This document shows positions 1 through 15,500 of a DNA stretch of 64,000 nt, in pieces. The position numbers were made by a program, and so were the translations under genes. The notes beneath the pieces are model-generated. The model searched no databases. It had not been told where the DNA came from and worked only from the letters and a program-made list of their open reading frames with translations. How positions within the stretch are numbered: the first letter of the stretch is position 1; each line of letters starts with the position of its first letter. Origin of the DNA: Paragordius varius (Eukaryota; Animalia; Nematomorpha); NCBI GenBank assembly GCA_964247055.1, contig OZ176054.1, forward strand, positions 5,828,001-5,892,000, given 5' to 3'.

Positions 1-1970
1 TGGTTGTCAAAAATATGGCGAAATTCCAAAATTAAAGTATATTGAAAACTCAAAACTACAACAATAATAATTTATATAAAAAATATGAATCCATTACTAA
101 ATATAAACTAACCTGCAAAATTTTCTTCAATAATATCTAGAAAAAAATCTGCCGGATTCTCATGGATACCACATTCATAACCTATAAATATTATTTTAAA
201 AAATTATGATGAAACAGAAAATGGCATAATTAGAATACCGTATTTTTTAAAAAATATTAATATTTAGATACAATATGACCCTCAAATAGTATATAGGTTA
301 AATATATTTTTTTGCGATTTAGAATCAAATAATATTATGGGTGGAAAAAATGATATCATTTTATTTTTTAATTTATATAATCATCTAAATATATATAACA
401 CATTGAATTTTAATATGCACACTATTATACGCTTATATACAATAGGCCAACAACCAAAAATTAACAATAAAAATACGTTTAAATATGCATGTTTTACCTA
501 AATTTTGAAAGTAATTTAAGGCATCGTTGGGCGGGCCTTGATATACGACGTTTCCTTCGGAAAGCAAAAGTAATTTGTCAAAAAGTTTAAATATGCCATA
601 TCTCGGTTGATGAATAGACATAATTACGGTACATCCTTTTCGAGCAAGTCTGATTTTGCACAATGAAAACAAATAAAGTTTAAAAAATAATGAGGAATTT
701 CAGTTTGCCTTATATTATCTTTTAAAATTTTCGTTTATAAATGTCAGCCCATATATTGGTAAACATTTGTTAATCCCATTTTATTTTATCCCTAATTTTG
801 CGGTTTCTAACAACCCATTAACAATTATTTTAAATACCTAAAGTACAAATGGATGCCGGAATTCAACACATGATATATATGCATATTTTATCTAAACAAC
901 TAATCATTTTTCGATATTTTGAATCAAAAAAATTAAATATTCCTAAACTTACACATAATATATTAAAAAGTTTAAATTGTTGTTAACAAAAATGTATGTA
1001 CCGTTTTAAAAGTATGGTGACATTTATGGCAGTAGATGCATCCAGTCCACTAGTTGGTTCATCTAAAAATAAAACCTTGGGATTCGTTACAAGCTCCATT
1101 GCTATTGAACAACGTCGTTTTTGTCCCCCCGAAATACCGTGGGAATAATTACTCCCTACCTATAAAAAAATTTATGATTAATAAAAAATTTTTTTTATCT
1201 AAAATTCAGTTTTAAGGCGCATAAATAGATTTCAAAAGTGAATCTATAAAAAATAGATGCCTTATACACTATATAAGGCACATATTTTTTAAAATTTATT
1301 TTATATTATATGTATTAAAGTTTATATGTAATGAATATCTTAAATCCAGCGTAATTCTATAATTTTTAATAGTTACAATTAATTGAAAGTTAAAAAATGT
1401 AAAATACCCTTGTATTAGCACATTTATTAAGTTTTAATTCATTGATTATAGTTTCAACTTTATTGACACGTTCTTTGTTGGTGGCAGCAAGTCGCAGCGA
1501 GGCAGAAAACATAATATTTTCTTTCACAGTCATAGTAGCGACCAAAATATTTTCCTATCATTAAAATAAAAGATGTTTAATTTTAAAATTTGATATAGGC
1601 ATACTTTATTTCAAAATTTTACCTGAACAACATATCCGCTAAGATTTTTAAAATTGTGAGACACTGGTTGATTATTAAAATATATGTCGCCTTTGACCTT
1701 TCCAGATACAATGTTTCTTGAAGATAAAAGATTTAGCAACCTATAATAAAGATAGTTAAAATATATGGTAAAAGAGAAAGGAATAAAGAATTATACGAAG
1801 ATTTTCCCGATCCACTGGGGCCCATAATTGCATTAACACCTTCGTGGAAGCAACCCCTATATTTTAAGAGTATATTACGTCACATTTTTTAGTATATAAA
1901 GTGGTTTCTTGTGAATACGTTTGACAAATAATTCAATATTAGAAAAGGAAAGGGTATTGTTGCTCTCCAT
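1..1970 (-). CDS. ABCG2: ABCG-family half ABC transporter, N-terminal nucleotide-binding domain (spliced; 3' part lies outside the window)
   Basis: Manual splicing from ATG at 1970 gives Walker [10 protein letters not shown] (~1797-1825), signature ISGGQKRR and Walker [12 protein letters not shown] (~1030-1140), SIHQPR (exon 498-649) and NPADFFLD (exon ~115-181). One intron is 22 nt (1857-1878). The subfamily is secure; the exact orthologue is not. Confidence 0.9.
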
Positions 1971-2013
1971 AACAGGTGTTTTTGCGAAATTACTAAAAAC
2001 ACGCCTGTAATTT

Positions 2014-5000
2014 ATGCCTAATAAAATTTATGTGCAATCTTCGCTTGAAAATTTTATTAGATCGGCCTCTGATAATCTATTCGGAATTATTGTTGGACAG
2101 GTAATTTTAGTTTTATCATAAGATATACGACGATAATGTGTATATAACGCATTTAGCCTCGACAAAAACTTCATCTAATTTAAAAACTTTGATTGATGAT
2201 AAAACATCCTTATGGAGTCATGGGAGAGAAGTTTAAATTGAACTTATCAAAAGGTAAGTATGATGCTTCCCGGGGGTATTGATGTTTTGGGTATATATAT
2301 TGCAACTGATAATGAATTTAATGATGAGCAATATAATAAAGTATTAATTATATTGATTAAAAGGTTCTTATTGATTTGGAAAAAAACATTGTTAATTTTC
2401 AAATATTACCGCATTCCAACTATTCAAAATATAAATTATTGTTACAGATAAGCAAAAATGTCGATTTGAAATTTTATATATGCGATAGTAATAGCCCCAT
2501 CGTAAATATAAATTTCTCTATATTTTCAGCCCAAACCTTTAAAAAGTTTAAAAGAATGGCAATATATAAATTTTACACAACATTGGCTTTGTTTAGAAAC
2601 TTATTTAGTTTTAAACAGTTCTATTTTACAATCATGTCAATTGACCCAAGGTGTCACACCTAATAAAAAAATTGATCAAAGTTATTATTTGAGAAAAAAA
2701 TTTAAAGTATATTTATTGATTTAATATATGTTCAGAATGGTTTAATTCCTATCCTCCAATCTTATTTTGGCCAAGCAATCAATTTTTCTGAAAATGCCAA
2801 CAATATTTTTTCAGAAGCATCACAAAATATTTTGATTAATGGAAGGATTTTAGACGCCAATGATGCTAACACCAAAATTTGTAAATATATTTGTCCTGAT
2901 TCGCAAAAACATGGAGAAAAGTTACCATATCTATCTGTCGATATAATATACGAAGTAATATGCAATAAATAATTTATGAGTAATTATTAACGATACAAAA
3001 TTAAATAAATTTATAAAATTTGTGTTTTAGCATAATAAATTTACGTTAATAAGAAATTATTGCTAAAATTTAAATAAAATTGAAAACCACAATTTTAAAA
3101 TGTCAAAAATACGAAATGAAAGAAAATTAAATAAAAAGTCCGAATTTTTACCACATCCCATGTAAAAAAAGTTAATTATATTTTTAAATTATATAAAATT
3201 TACAAATTTTAATTCAAGCAATCAGACACAGGCGAAAAAGACAATAATTACGCTGAAAATCTACCGGCAGATCTATTTTTCCTTAACGGTACTTTAGTTT
3301 CTCGGGCTTTTGTTCCAAACGAATGTCAAACAGCCATTGCGTTACAAGTTTATTTCTAATACATTATAAATTTATTTTTACCATTTATTTGAGTTTTTTT
3401 TATCAAATATTTATCATAAATAGATGCTTATTAAAGACATAATCCGTAGTTTATCGGCAAGATGTGAAATAATTGTCGATGAAGAAGATACTTATGAACA
3501 TGAATTGGGTAAATATGTAATATTATAGCTATTTTTGCCTTCAATTATTTTTTTATCTACTTTTAAAATTTTGTCCTTTTGAAAATAAATTATATTGTAT
3601 TAAAAATTATACATTTTATCAATTATGAAAGATATTAATCATTTTTGTTAAAAAAATTTTTATATACCAAGGTAGACTTTTTTAAAATACATATTAGATA
3701 CACCTAAATACCTATATTATTTGCGTCTCATTACAAATCTACAAATATATCAAAAAGCTCATAAGCGATTAATTCTATTAATTTTTAGACACAATGTAAA
3801 TAATTATGTTTTTAGAATCAAAAACGTTTTTTGAAACACCATCCCGCGTTTTCTTTCCAATGGGTGAAACAAATCTCTCCATTTCAGATTACATATTTCG
3901 CGGTGAGGAAAGTTTTGATTGTTTAAAGCCCATAAACGATATCTTAGGCCTAAATCAATTAGATCCTGGGCAAATTGAATCTGATGTTGAAAGGTTTTCA
4001 GGTATTATTTTGACAATAACATACGGAAAAATGAAATAGTTTTAAACTTGTGCAAACTATTTTTTGGTTTTTATTTTAAAAAATTTGATTCATGTTAATG
4101 AATTTTAATTTTGACTTTTTTGGATAATATTTATGTCGAATGGTGCCCAGAGAATAATTATAAATCTTTTTGGCTTAATTGACAAGGTACCTAAAATTTT
4201 TTATCACATAATATTATATTATCAAAAAAAGATTACATTTATTTTTAGTTCTAAAAGTCATTTTGTATATAAAATTTGTTTTAGAGAGGCTTGCCTTTAT
4301 ATTATACATTTTCCTGAAATATAATAATTCAGATATAAATAGAGATATATTGAAATTTTTAATACATAATCCTGTAGCTTTAAAAAATCTTTTAAAAATA
4401 GTACTATTTAATTTTGTGCATAAAATATGTTGTAATTTAAACATCATATAAACTTATAATAATAATTATATAACATCATACAAATATTATATTAGGGTTT
4501 TAGCACATAAAAATCAAAAAATTTACGAACATATATTTTTTAAAATATTAAGTCTTTTTCGTTAATATCAAAGCTTTATATCATAACTCTTTGATTGAAA
4601 TGATTTTGCGTGTTTTGTTAAAAACTTGTTTATGTATATTTTCTTGCAAACTGCGCAAAATTCAAATTTAAATATTAATGTAAAACTACTCACCAAAAAT
4701 ATAAAATATTTTTAAATTAATTGTCTCTTATGATGTAAGATTATTTTATTTAAGTGATTATCTCGCTTTAACTCGCATAAATTATACCATTTACACTTCA
4801 AGAGTGTCCTTGAACAATTCAAGTTGGTCCTTGAACAATTCAAGTTGGTCCCTGAACAGTTCAAGTTGGTCCTTGAACATTTCAAGTTGGTCCTTGAACA
4901 GTTCAAGTTGGTCCTTAAACAATTCAAGTTGGTCCTTGAACATTTCAAGTTGGTCCTTAAAATTTATAAATTTTGATTTAACCATAATTTTTGCATTTAT

Positions 5001-7234
5001 TCTTTTATTTTATTATTTATTAACCTAATTTTCATTATTTATTATATATTTATTCATTTAAAAATAAAAAATTTTATTGAAAAACCACTTTCTTGTTTCA
5101 AACTATTTTTTTTTTCAATTGAACAAAATTATTGACTTTTAAATGTTTTAATGAAAAAATTTAATTAATAACCCAGAAAACTTATATATTTTTTCATTTC
5201 GTGTTAAAACCTATAAATATTCAAAATTATTTTAAGAAATGAATAAAGATATAAGGATCTCAAAGATTAAAAGTTGATATCGATTTAAATTTTATGTTAA
5301 ATAATAGAAAATGGGTTAAAAACAATAAAATAGATGAATTATTTACAATTTGATTGATAAAATTTAAAAACAAAACAAAAAAGTCAAAGGACCAACTTGA
5401 ATTGTTCAAGGACCAACTTGAATTGTTCAAGGACCAACTTGAATTGTTCAAGGACCAACTTGAATTGTTCAAGGACCAACTTGAACTGTTCAAGGACCAA
5501 CTTGAATTGTTCAAGGACCAACTTGAATTGTTCAAGGACACTCTTGAAGTGTAAATGGTATACATAATTTTTAAAATTAATTATTTGTATTTATAGATCT
5601 ATCTGAATTAAGTACTCCAGTGCCTTCCACCTTATCTCTTAACAGCCAACAAATGCCAATTATGAATAATTTTGCATCGATTTTTACAAGACGACCAAAC
5701 CTTAATGGTAAAAGATTGTATTTATTTAATATAATAATTTATTATATCAAAATTTTATATTATAAACATCGAAAGGGGATACCCTAAAATAAATTTATAA
5801 ATATATATATATATTTTTTAACCATTTTAGGGTTCCTTTTTTTTAAGCTCAATAATTTTTCAATCACCAACAACTGTTTTTTAACCAATTATTAAATAGA
5901 TTTTTTAAACCTTTTTTTTAAAGCATAATGTTTAATTAGAATTTATAATCACTAAATTTATGATTTTTATTAATATTTAATTCATTATCCGTAAATACTG
6001 AAACTCCTTTAAAAAAAGCAGTGACATGATACCCCTAAAGCAATGAATTTAAGATTTTGACTATTCTAGAAATAATAAAACTAAAATATAAAATATATCA
6101 ATGTTTAGGTAAATAAACATTCTTATTTCAAAACTCATTGAATTATTTTTTAATAAATTTATTAATTAAAAATAAGCGTTGAGTTTCATTAAAAAAGTTT
6201 TAAGTTTGGTGTAGAAGTGTTAAATTTGGTTAAAATAAGTTATATATCAATTTAATATCAACCTTTATTGTACACTCTTAAGTTGATGTTTTTATTAATG
6301 TTTTATCATTTTTTTGAATTAAATTTTGTTTCAAATAACACGGTCCGAAATTTTTTTAAAAAAGCCATCCATTTTATATTTTTTTGCGGGCCGCACACTT
6401 AGTTGCTACCTAAATAGTAAGAAACGTAAATATTGATAAATATATATTCACTGCGGCAAATTATTGCATGCAGAACAAACTAATTTCGGATAAATTTCAT
6501 AAATAAATCTTATAACCATCCCAAACTGGTTTAATGGAGTTATCAAATTTTGAATTATTTAAGGATGCCTTAACTGACTAATTTTGTTTGTTACATTCTC
6601 TAAACTGATGTTGGGTATTTAGTGATTCTTGTAAATCAATTTTATTTTGTCGGAATTATTCACTTTATTTTATTCATTTTTATCTCATATTTTAACAGAC
6701 TTTTTTATATTTGCGTTTTTCCCATTACTATTCCTTTCGTTTAGTAATTTAGTTTTTTTACTTATACTATAATAATATATAAACCACTAAATTAGTAAAA
6801 TCCATTGTAGTGAAAGGTGGTCGTGGCTATCAATCTGTTTATGTGCAAAATGCACATACAAAAATACGTTGTCGTGAAAAACAATGTTTTACTTGCTCTC
6901 TCGTCGTATTTTTAATTATCACATTTGCTCATTAAAATATTTTTCATTTGTCACTGCGGTTTCCAATTCCTGCAACATAAATTGCAAAAACAAATGAATA
7001 AAAATTAAATTTTTTGTTTGATTATTGTGTGGATAATGCAATGTATTACCCACAAATCATGTAAGGGGACCTTATGTTTAATAGGAAAGTGATAGTTAGA
7101 AATTTCAATACCATTATTACGATTTATTTTAACATAATGTATTTTACTTAGGCGTTGCTTTGCTTTTACCATTTGGGATGCTACTTGTTGGATATATATG
7201 GAAAAAATGGAGTTCAACTATAAATATGATGTAA
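2014..7234 (+). CDS. ODR4: ODR-4 homolog (tail-anchored ER membrane protein), about 11 exons
   Basis: Spliced translation shows VSMMLPGGIDVLGIY, SRAFVP...KDIIRSLSARCE and TPSRVFFP...SDYIFRGE. Phase-compatible exons 5597-5707 and 7152-7234 add a C-terminal TM segment, GVALLLPFGMLLVGYIWKK. The assignment of these last two exons is inferred from splice phase. Confidence 0.85.
4783..5552. mobile_element. Foldback-type non-autonomous DNA transposon (subfamily A) in an ODR4 intron
   Basis: Inverted termini TATACCATTTACACTTCAAGAGTGTCC...GGACACTCTTGAAGTGTAAATGGTATA. Each arm carries 7 tandem 21-bp units (CCTTGAACAATTCAAGTTGGT) around an AT-rich core. Confidence 0.9.
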
Positions 7235-7282
7235 AAAGTTTAATAAATATATTTATTAATTTTTTGTGATATGTGATAAAAA

Positions 7283-7325
7283 CTAGCTGGTCCATCCACG
7301 CATCGCTGTGACTTAGTCTGCATGA
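7283..7325 (-). mobile_element. Helitron-like 3' terminus
   Basis: On the minus strand an imperfect GC hairpin (CACAGCGATGCGTG) lies about 10 nt before CTAG followed by T. No matching 5' end was found. Confidence 0.5.
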
Positions 7326-7989
7326 AATAAAATGTTCTCTTATTATAAATTAAATTTATAAGCTACTTCACACTAAGCGGAGTTGGATCGAATTTAACAC
7401 TTCGATTCAAATTGGGGTATAATACCCCAGACTAAATTTGAGTTAGGATTTTTAAAAAACTACATTTAAATTTATGCTTCTATCTAATTAAAATTATATA
7501 AATATGCCAAAATATCTAAATATAATTTTGTTTTGAAAAAAGTTCCATGTCAAACTACTTCGAAGCCATTTTTATTTTACAAAATTTTTGCAATATCGTC
7601 TTCATTTAATTTGAAGGGTAAAATTAAAGCTAATTTTTTATTTAAATTACATCTAACATTGATAGAAATAGAAAAAGCTGTTTTTTGTATTTTTTTTTAA
7701 TTTTACCATTACACGCATTGTTGACTAAATTTTTACCTTTCGATTTTAGCTTAAAATAAGTAATATCAAGTATTTTTTAATAAATTTTTTTTATATATTT
7801 CGGTTTATTCATGTTATATAAGTGCATGATTTTGCCATGGTTTTGATTGCTTCCATATTTTTTAAAGAATTTAATTTTAAACAGGCTTGGGGTATCCAAC
7901 TACCCCAATTCGAATCTAACCAATATGAATGTGTTGTATCCAAGTGTTAAAATAGCTCAATCTCCCGCGCATTTATGAAAACGAAAAAT

Positions 7990-8940
7990 ATTCTTTGTTA
8001 AATTCGATGGGGCCTACATGTTTTCCAAAATGCTTCCTAAAAAACCCTATAACAGATGGCGTTTAAACTGACCAGCGCAAAAAATCAAATCTTTTATATG
8101 ATTTGAATCGGCCTACATATTTCCCGCAAAATTGCATCAAAACCTATATTTCAAAAACTCCATTTTTCAAGGGGTAGGGGTCAACTCATGCTGATTAAAT
8201 ATGACCCTGTCACTCTCGGCGCATTCTTATAAAAATAATAAAAACATTATTTCCGGAAAATTGCTTCAAAACCAATATTTGTTAAAAACATCATTTTCAA
8301 TGATGTGGAGAGGACCTAAGCGGCTAATTTTAAAAAAATGCCATCATACGGCACATTATAAATAAAAAATCTCAACTTTTGATAAAAATGAGCTTATACG
8401 TTTTCCAGAAAATTGATTTAAAACCATATTTATACCTTATTTTCAGGGGGATAAACTAAGGGCCCTTATTTAAAATAGCTTAATCACCCTCGGTACATTT
8501 ATAAATGATTAAAAAAACCATTCTTAATTTATAGCCTCCATCTTTTCCGGTTAATTGCATTAATGCCAATAATATTTAGAACATGGACAATGCTGAACTG
8601 AATGGCTGCGAAAAATGGCTGAAACAACTACAAAAATCCAATTTTTTATTTAATTGGAGCCACGTTTTTCGGAAAATGTTGTAAATTAAAAAACCCACTT
8701 AGTCACAATCGGCGCATCCGTAAAAAATTATGCAAAATATTATAAAAAAATGGACGCACAAGTTTTAAAAGCAAAATTACCAGAATTTTCGAGACTTCTA
8801 TTTTTTAAAACCCCTATTTCGAAGATGCAAAACTGTCTGGCTAATCTAAATAAACGGCTCAGTCACCCTCGACGCCTTTTTAACGAATTTCTGATTTGGA
8901 GTTTATACCAAGTTTTTCCGAAAAATTGTCTTATTTTTGT
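7990..8940. repeat. Degenerate tandem repeat, about 8 units of 100-150 bp (possibly Helitron-internal)
   Basis: Recurring TTTTCCGGAAAATTG-like motif at ~8021, 8120, 8250, 8401, 8542, 8665 and 8912, and GTCACCCTCGGCGCAT-like motif at ~8209, 8484, 8702 and 8862. Confidence 0.65.
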
Positions 8941-9500
8941 CAATATGGATTACAGTAAATTGAACTAAAATCATGTTAAAATCTCATTAATATTATTTCA
9001 TTTCCCATCATCTTCATTTAATTCCTGTGTTAATGCTATTCATGTATGCCATATCAGGTGCATCATTAATTCTTTCTGGAAAGGATTAACATTAAACGGT
9101 CATAGCTCATAAACCTTGTCTTATTTTAAAATCGGAAAGATTGGTGATCAGCATATGCTATTGGAGACAAATATTTTTTGACCAAGACAACCATATATAT
9201 TTACCCTTAGTTTATTAAAATATAAATTAATATTGCTGCAAGGTAAAAAGAAAAGATGTAAATTGGTGTCACTCAACTCATGTTTATTTTAAAAAAATTT
9301 CAACTGATATTTCATTCGTCCAAATTATTGAGTCATAAATGATTTAAAAAATATTTTTTTATTTGGTTTTTGTAGAAATTTACAATATGATAAAAAATAA
9401 ATGCAGAATGAAGTAACCACCATTAAAAGTTGATGATAAATGATATCCAGTTTCCTAATTTATTAAATGCATATTTATAAAAAGTATATATTTATTAATT

Positions 9501-9535
<35 letters not shown>

Positions 9536-9578
9536 TAAGTATTGGCCGGGTACAGCAAAACAAGACGATTGCAAATTA

Positions 9579-12156
<2,578 letters not shown>

Positions 12157-12169
12157 TAAAAAATGTTTA

Positions 12170-12424
12170 TTATTTTAACTCCCAGGGTTGACGACACATG
12201 GGGCAATGAGTTGAATGTGAATCGAGTGACGATATCCAAGCAGTGATACAATGCATATGAAAGCAGTGATTGCATTTTCCAATAGAAATAGGACAAGAAT
12301 CGCCGGGTATTTTGCAATTAGGACATGTATTTTCGAAAGGCATTCGGCATATTCCACAGTTATCATCGTTTGTTTCCCATTTCCAATATGCTGCGTTTGT
12401 CCAAGAAATGATTTTAACTTTCAT
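12170..12424 (-). CDS. ANAPC11: Anaphase-promoting complex subunit 11 (RING-H2), intronless, 84 aa
   Basis: MKVKIISW...WKW...[21 protein letters not shown]...G.C.HCFH.HCI..W...CPMCRQPW. The true ATG is at 12424; the ORF track starts one TTG codon earlier. Confidence 0.95.
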   Translation of the reverse strand: MKVKIISWTNAAYWKWETNDDNCGICRMPFENTCPNCKIPGDSCPISIGKCNHCFHMHCITAWISSLDSHSTHCPMCRQPWELK

Positions 12425-12589
12425 CAATCAATCAATTATTTTTGAATAGTTCAAAGGCATACCAAGAAGCGAATTTGTAAATTAAAAAGGATATGAATAA
12501 AGCTGGTAATAACAATATATAATATAATAAAGATACTTCCTCAACAATTGTAGTTAAATTTAAATGTATACCAGGATATTGTAACACAG

Positions 12590-15500
12590 ATGACCGAAAT
12601 ATTTGAAATAAAAGATTATACGACAGTTACAGATTATGAAAAGTTATTTCTTTTATTAAATCTTAGGTTAATTATTCTTTTAAACAATTACATCTCAGAT
12701 GGGTGCGTCAAGGTTTTAATCGTATAAAAATATAGGATTGCCCATCGGAACCCAATACTTTTGAATACATGGATCAAGATTTTGATTTCGATTATTACTG
12801 TAATGATTCTACATCAATTTCTAGCAAGTCAGTTTTTATATGCGAGAGAAAATACCACATTTGCGAACTATGGTTTTTTAACCACTTGATTTTTATAGGT
12901 TTGGATTGGATAAGGTATTTGTTATTGCTCCAAAGGCTATAGAAAGAAAATTTCTATTGCCTCACGATTCTCTAACCTTATCTACAGTGACTACTTTGTT
13001 GAGTGCAGTAAATTTATCAATGACTTATTGTTTTCAAAACGAGAACTTTAGTAAAATGTTGCTTGAAGATTCGATCGGCATTTTAATCAATATAAGCCCT
13101 AAATTGCATTTATATCAAGGCCTTATTTGGGATAATGATGTTAAAAGTCGATTATTTAACCTTAAAACGATGTTTTTTACGCAGCCATTTACCAATCTTT
13201 CTTATTTGAGTCCTCTTTCTCTCCTAATAACGGATAACACACATGAAAACAACCTTTTTGTCAATGTTTCTCAAGAATACCATTTGTATCCCACCTCAGA
13301 CGATATGCAAAACGAGTCATCTCAGGATTCAAACCTCCATATATGGGACCTCTTTAATTTCGATGCAAATTTTAAGTGGCTTTCTTTGAATATATGTTTC
13401 CCTGCCCTACCCTTGGAATTGCTGAGTCATGATGGAAAGAAAAGCACCCTTAAACTTGTCGAAAATAGCCAATCCTGTAACCTCCTTGCCGTTTACAATG
13501 AGTTTTTTAGCTCCTTAAAAACAACAAATCATAAAACTTTGGGAATTTTTTTGAAAATGAAACCCTTTTTTGAAACAATGGAAATGACAACCTGTTCATT
13601 AAGTATATTTAAAACATCATTATTATGTGTCATTTTAATCTTTTAAACAGTTTCTAATAAGATATTTTATGGTAAGAGTTACCCGAGAGAATTTTATGTC
13701 ATACACGATTAATTAAATAGCTATTTTTTGTAAAAAATCCGAGTTTTACATTCAACAAAATGCATTTTAGCAAAAATGGTTAAAAGATATGGCACCATAA
13801 TGTTTGGATGGATTTTTTTCATTGATTTTGTGGATATTTTAAAATTAATGACTCTATTTAAATTAAGACATTCTTAGCTAAGTGCTATGAGTGTTAAACA
13901 AAATTATTGTTGACGGTAAGACTTTTGTATATATGTTCAATAAAGCAAAAATAATTTAAAAAAATACGAGAAACATTTGTTTTTAACCATAAACTGTCTC
14001 TTAAATTTTTGATTCAATATTTATCATTATTTATGGCGCGAGAAATTTCGATTATAGTCACCAACAAAAGTTTTTTTAGCCTCAATTTTAAAAAAAAAGG
14101 CTTAACAAACACTTTAATAGTCATAATCTCTAAACAATAATAATTTATGTAATACATATTCAAGTGGTTTATCTTATTTTAAATCCAAATCTTTTTAAGA
14201 TGTTTCAGTGTTAGAGAGTTAATAGATAGAATATAATTTAAAAAACTTCTTGTTTTAAATGTCTATTATGTATGAAACACCCCAAAATATAAACTTTTTG
14301 AAAAATTTTGTAGCTAAAAGAATGGAATATATTGTTTCTCTATTGGACTTTTATCGGGAATGCGTGAGTCCCGCACAATTCCATCAACCTTTTTTAGAGG
14401 CGCGACATTACATGACAGGCGATTGGTTTCTCCCTGAAAGACCGACCAATGGTATCATTTAAAATTATTAAGATAATACACAAAAAGCAAATTAAAAAGA
14501 ACCATATTTTTTAGAATATTACCTATTGTTTTGTCTTTTGGAAAGACCGATTATTAAATAATTTGACTTTTTAAAATTGGAAAATGTAAATTTTAGAGAC
14601 AAAACACAAAAAATAAAAAACCATGTTTTTAAAAGAAATTATCACATTTTAATCTTTGACAAATACATAACCTATTGTTCTGAGTTGCAAATTGATAACA
14701 CTTTTTTTACAACTGTTATATATAAGTTTTGTAGGAATAGCAAGAAATATCACTTCTCTAGTAAAAATATAGCCTTTTTATGTTTTTTCTATCTAATTAT
14801 GGATTTTTCATGTGATAATATGAAAATGCGAATTTTAAATCCTTTTTTATAAACTTTAGATTCAGCTTTCCAATCTTTCAATCCACTGAAGGATGCATCA
14901 TCTCGAACAAAGTATATATTACCTAACTCGAAAATTATTTAAGAAAAAAAATATAAGTGATGTGTTGCTTTAGAATGCATTTTTTTGTTATTATTTGGCC
15001 AAGATCGGATTAAAGTTTTTAAAACAAAATATACGGTTGATATGTAATAGCATATAAATAAATCCCTATTATTTTTTGAACTAGATCATATTTAACTATA
15101 CCATTTGTAATCAAGAGTGTCCTTCAACATTTCAAGTTGGCCCTTAAAATTTTTAAGTTTTGATTTGATCATAATTTTTGCATTTATTTTTTATTTTAAC
15201 CTAATTTTGTTCTTTAATTATTATATATTTATTCATTTAAAAATAAAAAATTTTGTTTAAAAACCACTTTTTTGTTTAAAACTAATTTTTCCAATTTGAC
15301 AAAATTATTAACTTTTAAATATTTTCAATTAAAAAATATGAATAATACAGAAAAAACTTATATATTTTTTTATTATGTGTTAAAATCTTCTAAATATCCA
15401 AAATTGAGAAGTTAATAAAGTATTGTTTGTGATTAAAAGTTAATATTTATTTTTTATGTTAAATGATAGAAAATGGGCTAAATTTAAAAACGATAAAATA

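Noticed and set aside
4805-5530. CRISPR-like reading of the regular 21-bp repeats
   Set aside because: The units abut with no unique spacers, sit within terminal inverted repeats, and no cas genes are present.
4712-5565. Heptad-repeat ORFs (KDQLELF)n, (SLNNSSW)n and (CSRTNLN)n resembling leucine zippers
   Set aside because: They are translations of the 21-bp transposon arrays, which are open in several frames on both strands inside an intron. I found no splice support for exonisation.
7370-7420. tRNA-like A-box/B-box impression (TAAGCGGAGTTGG...TTCGATTC)
   Set aside because: The boxes are too close, and there is no cloverleaf or acceptor stem. I recognised no tRNA or rRNA gene in the window.
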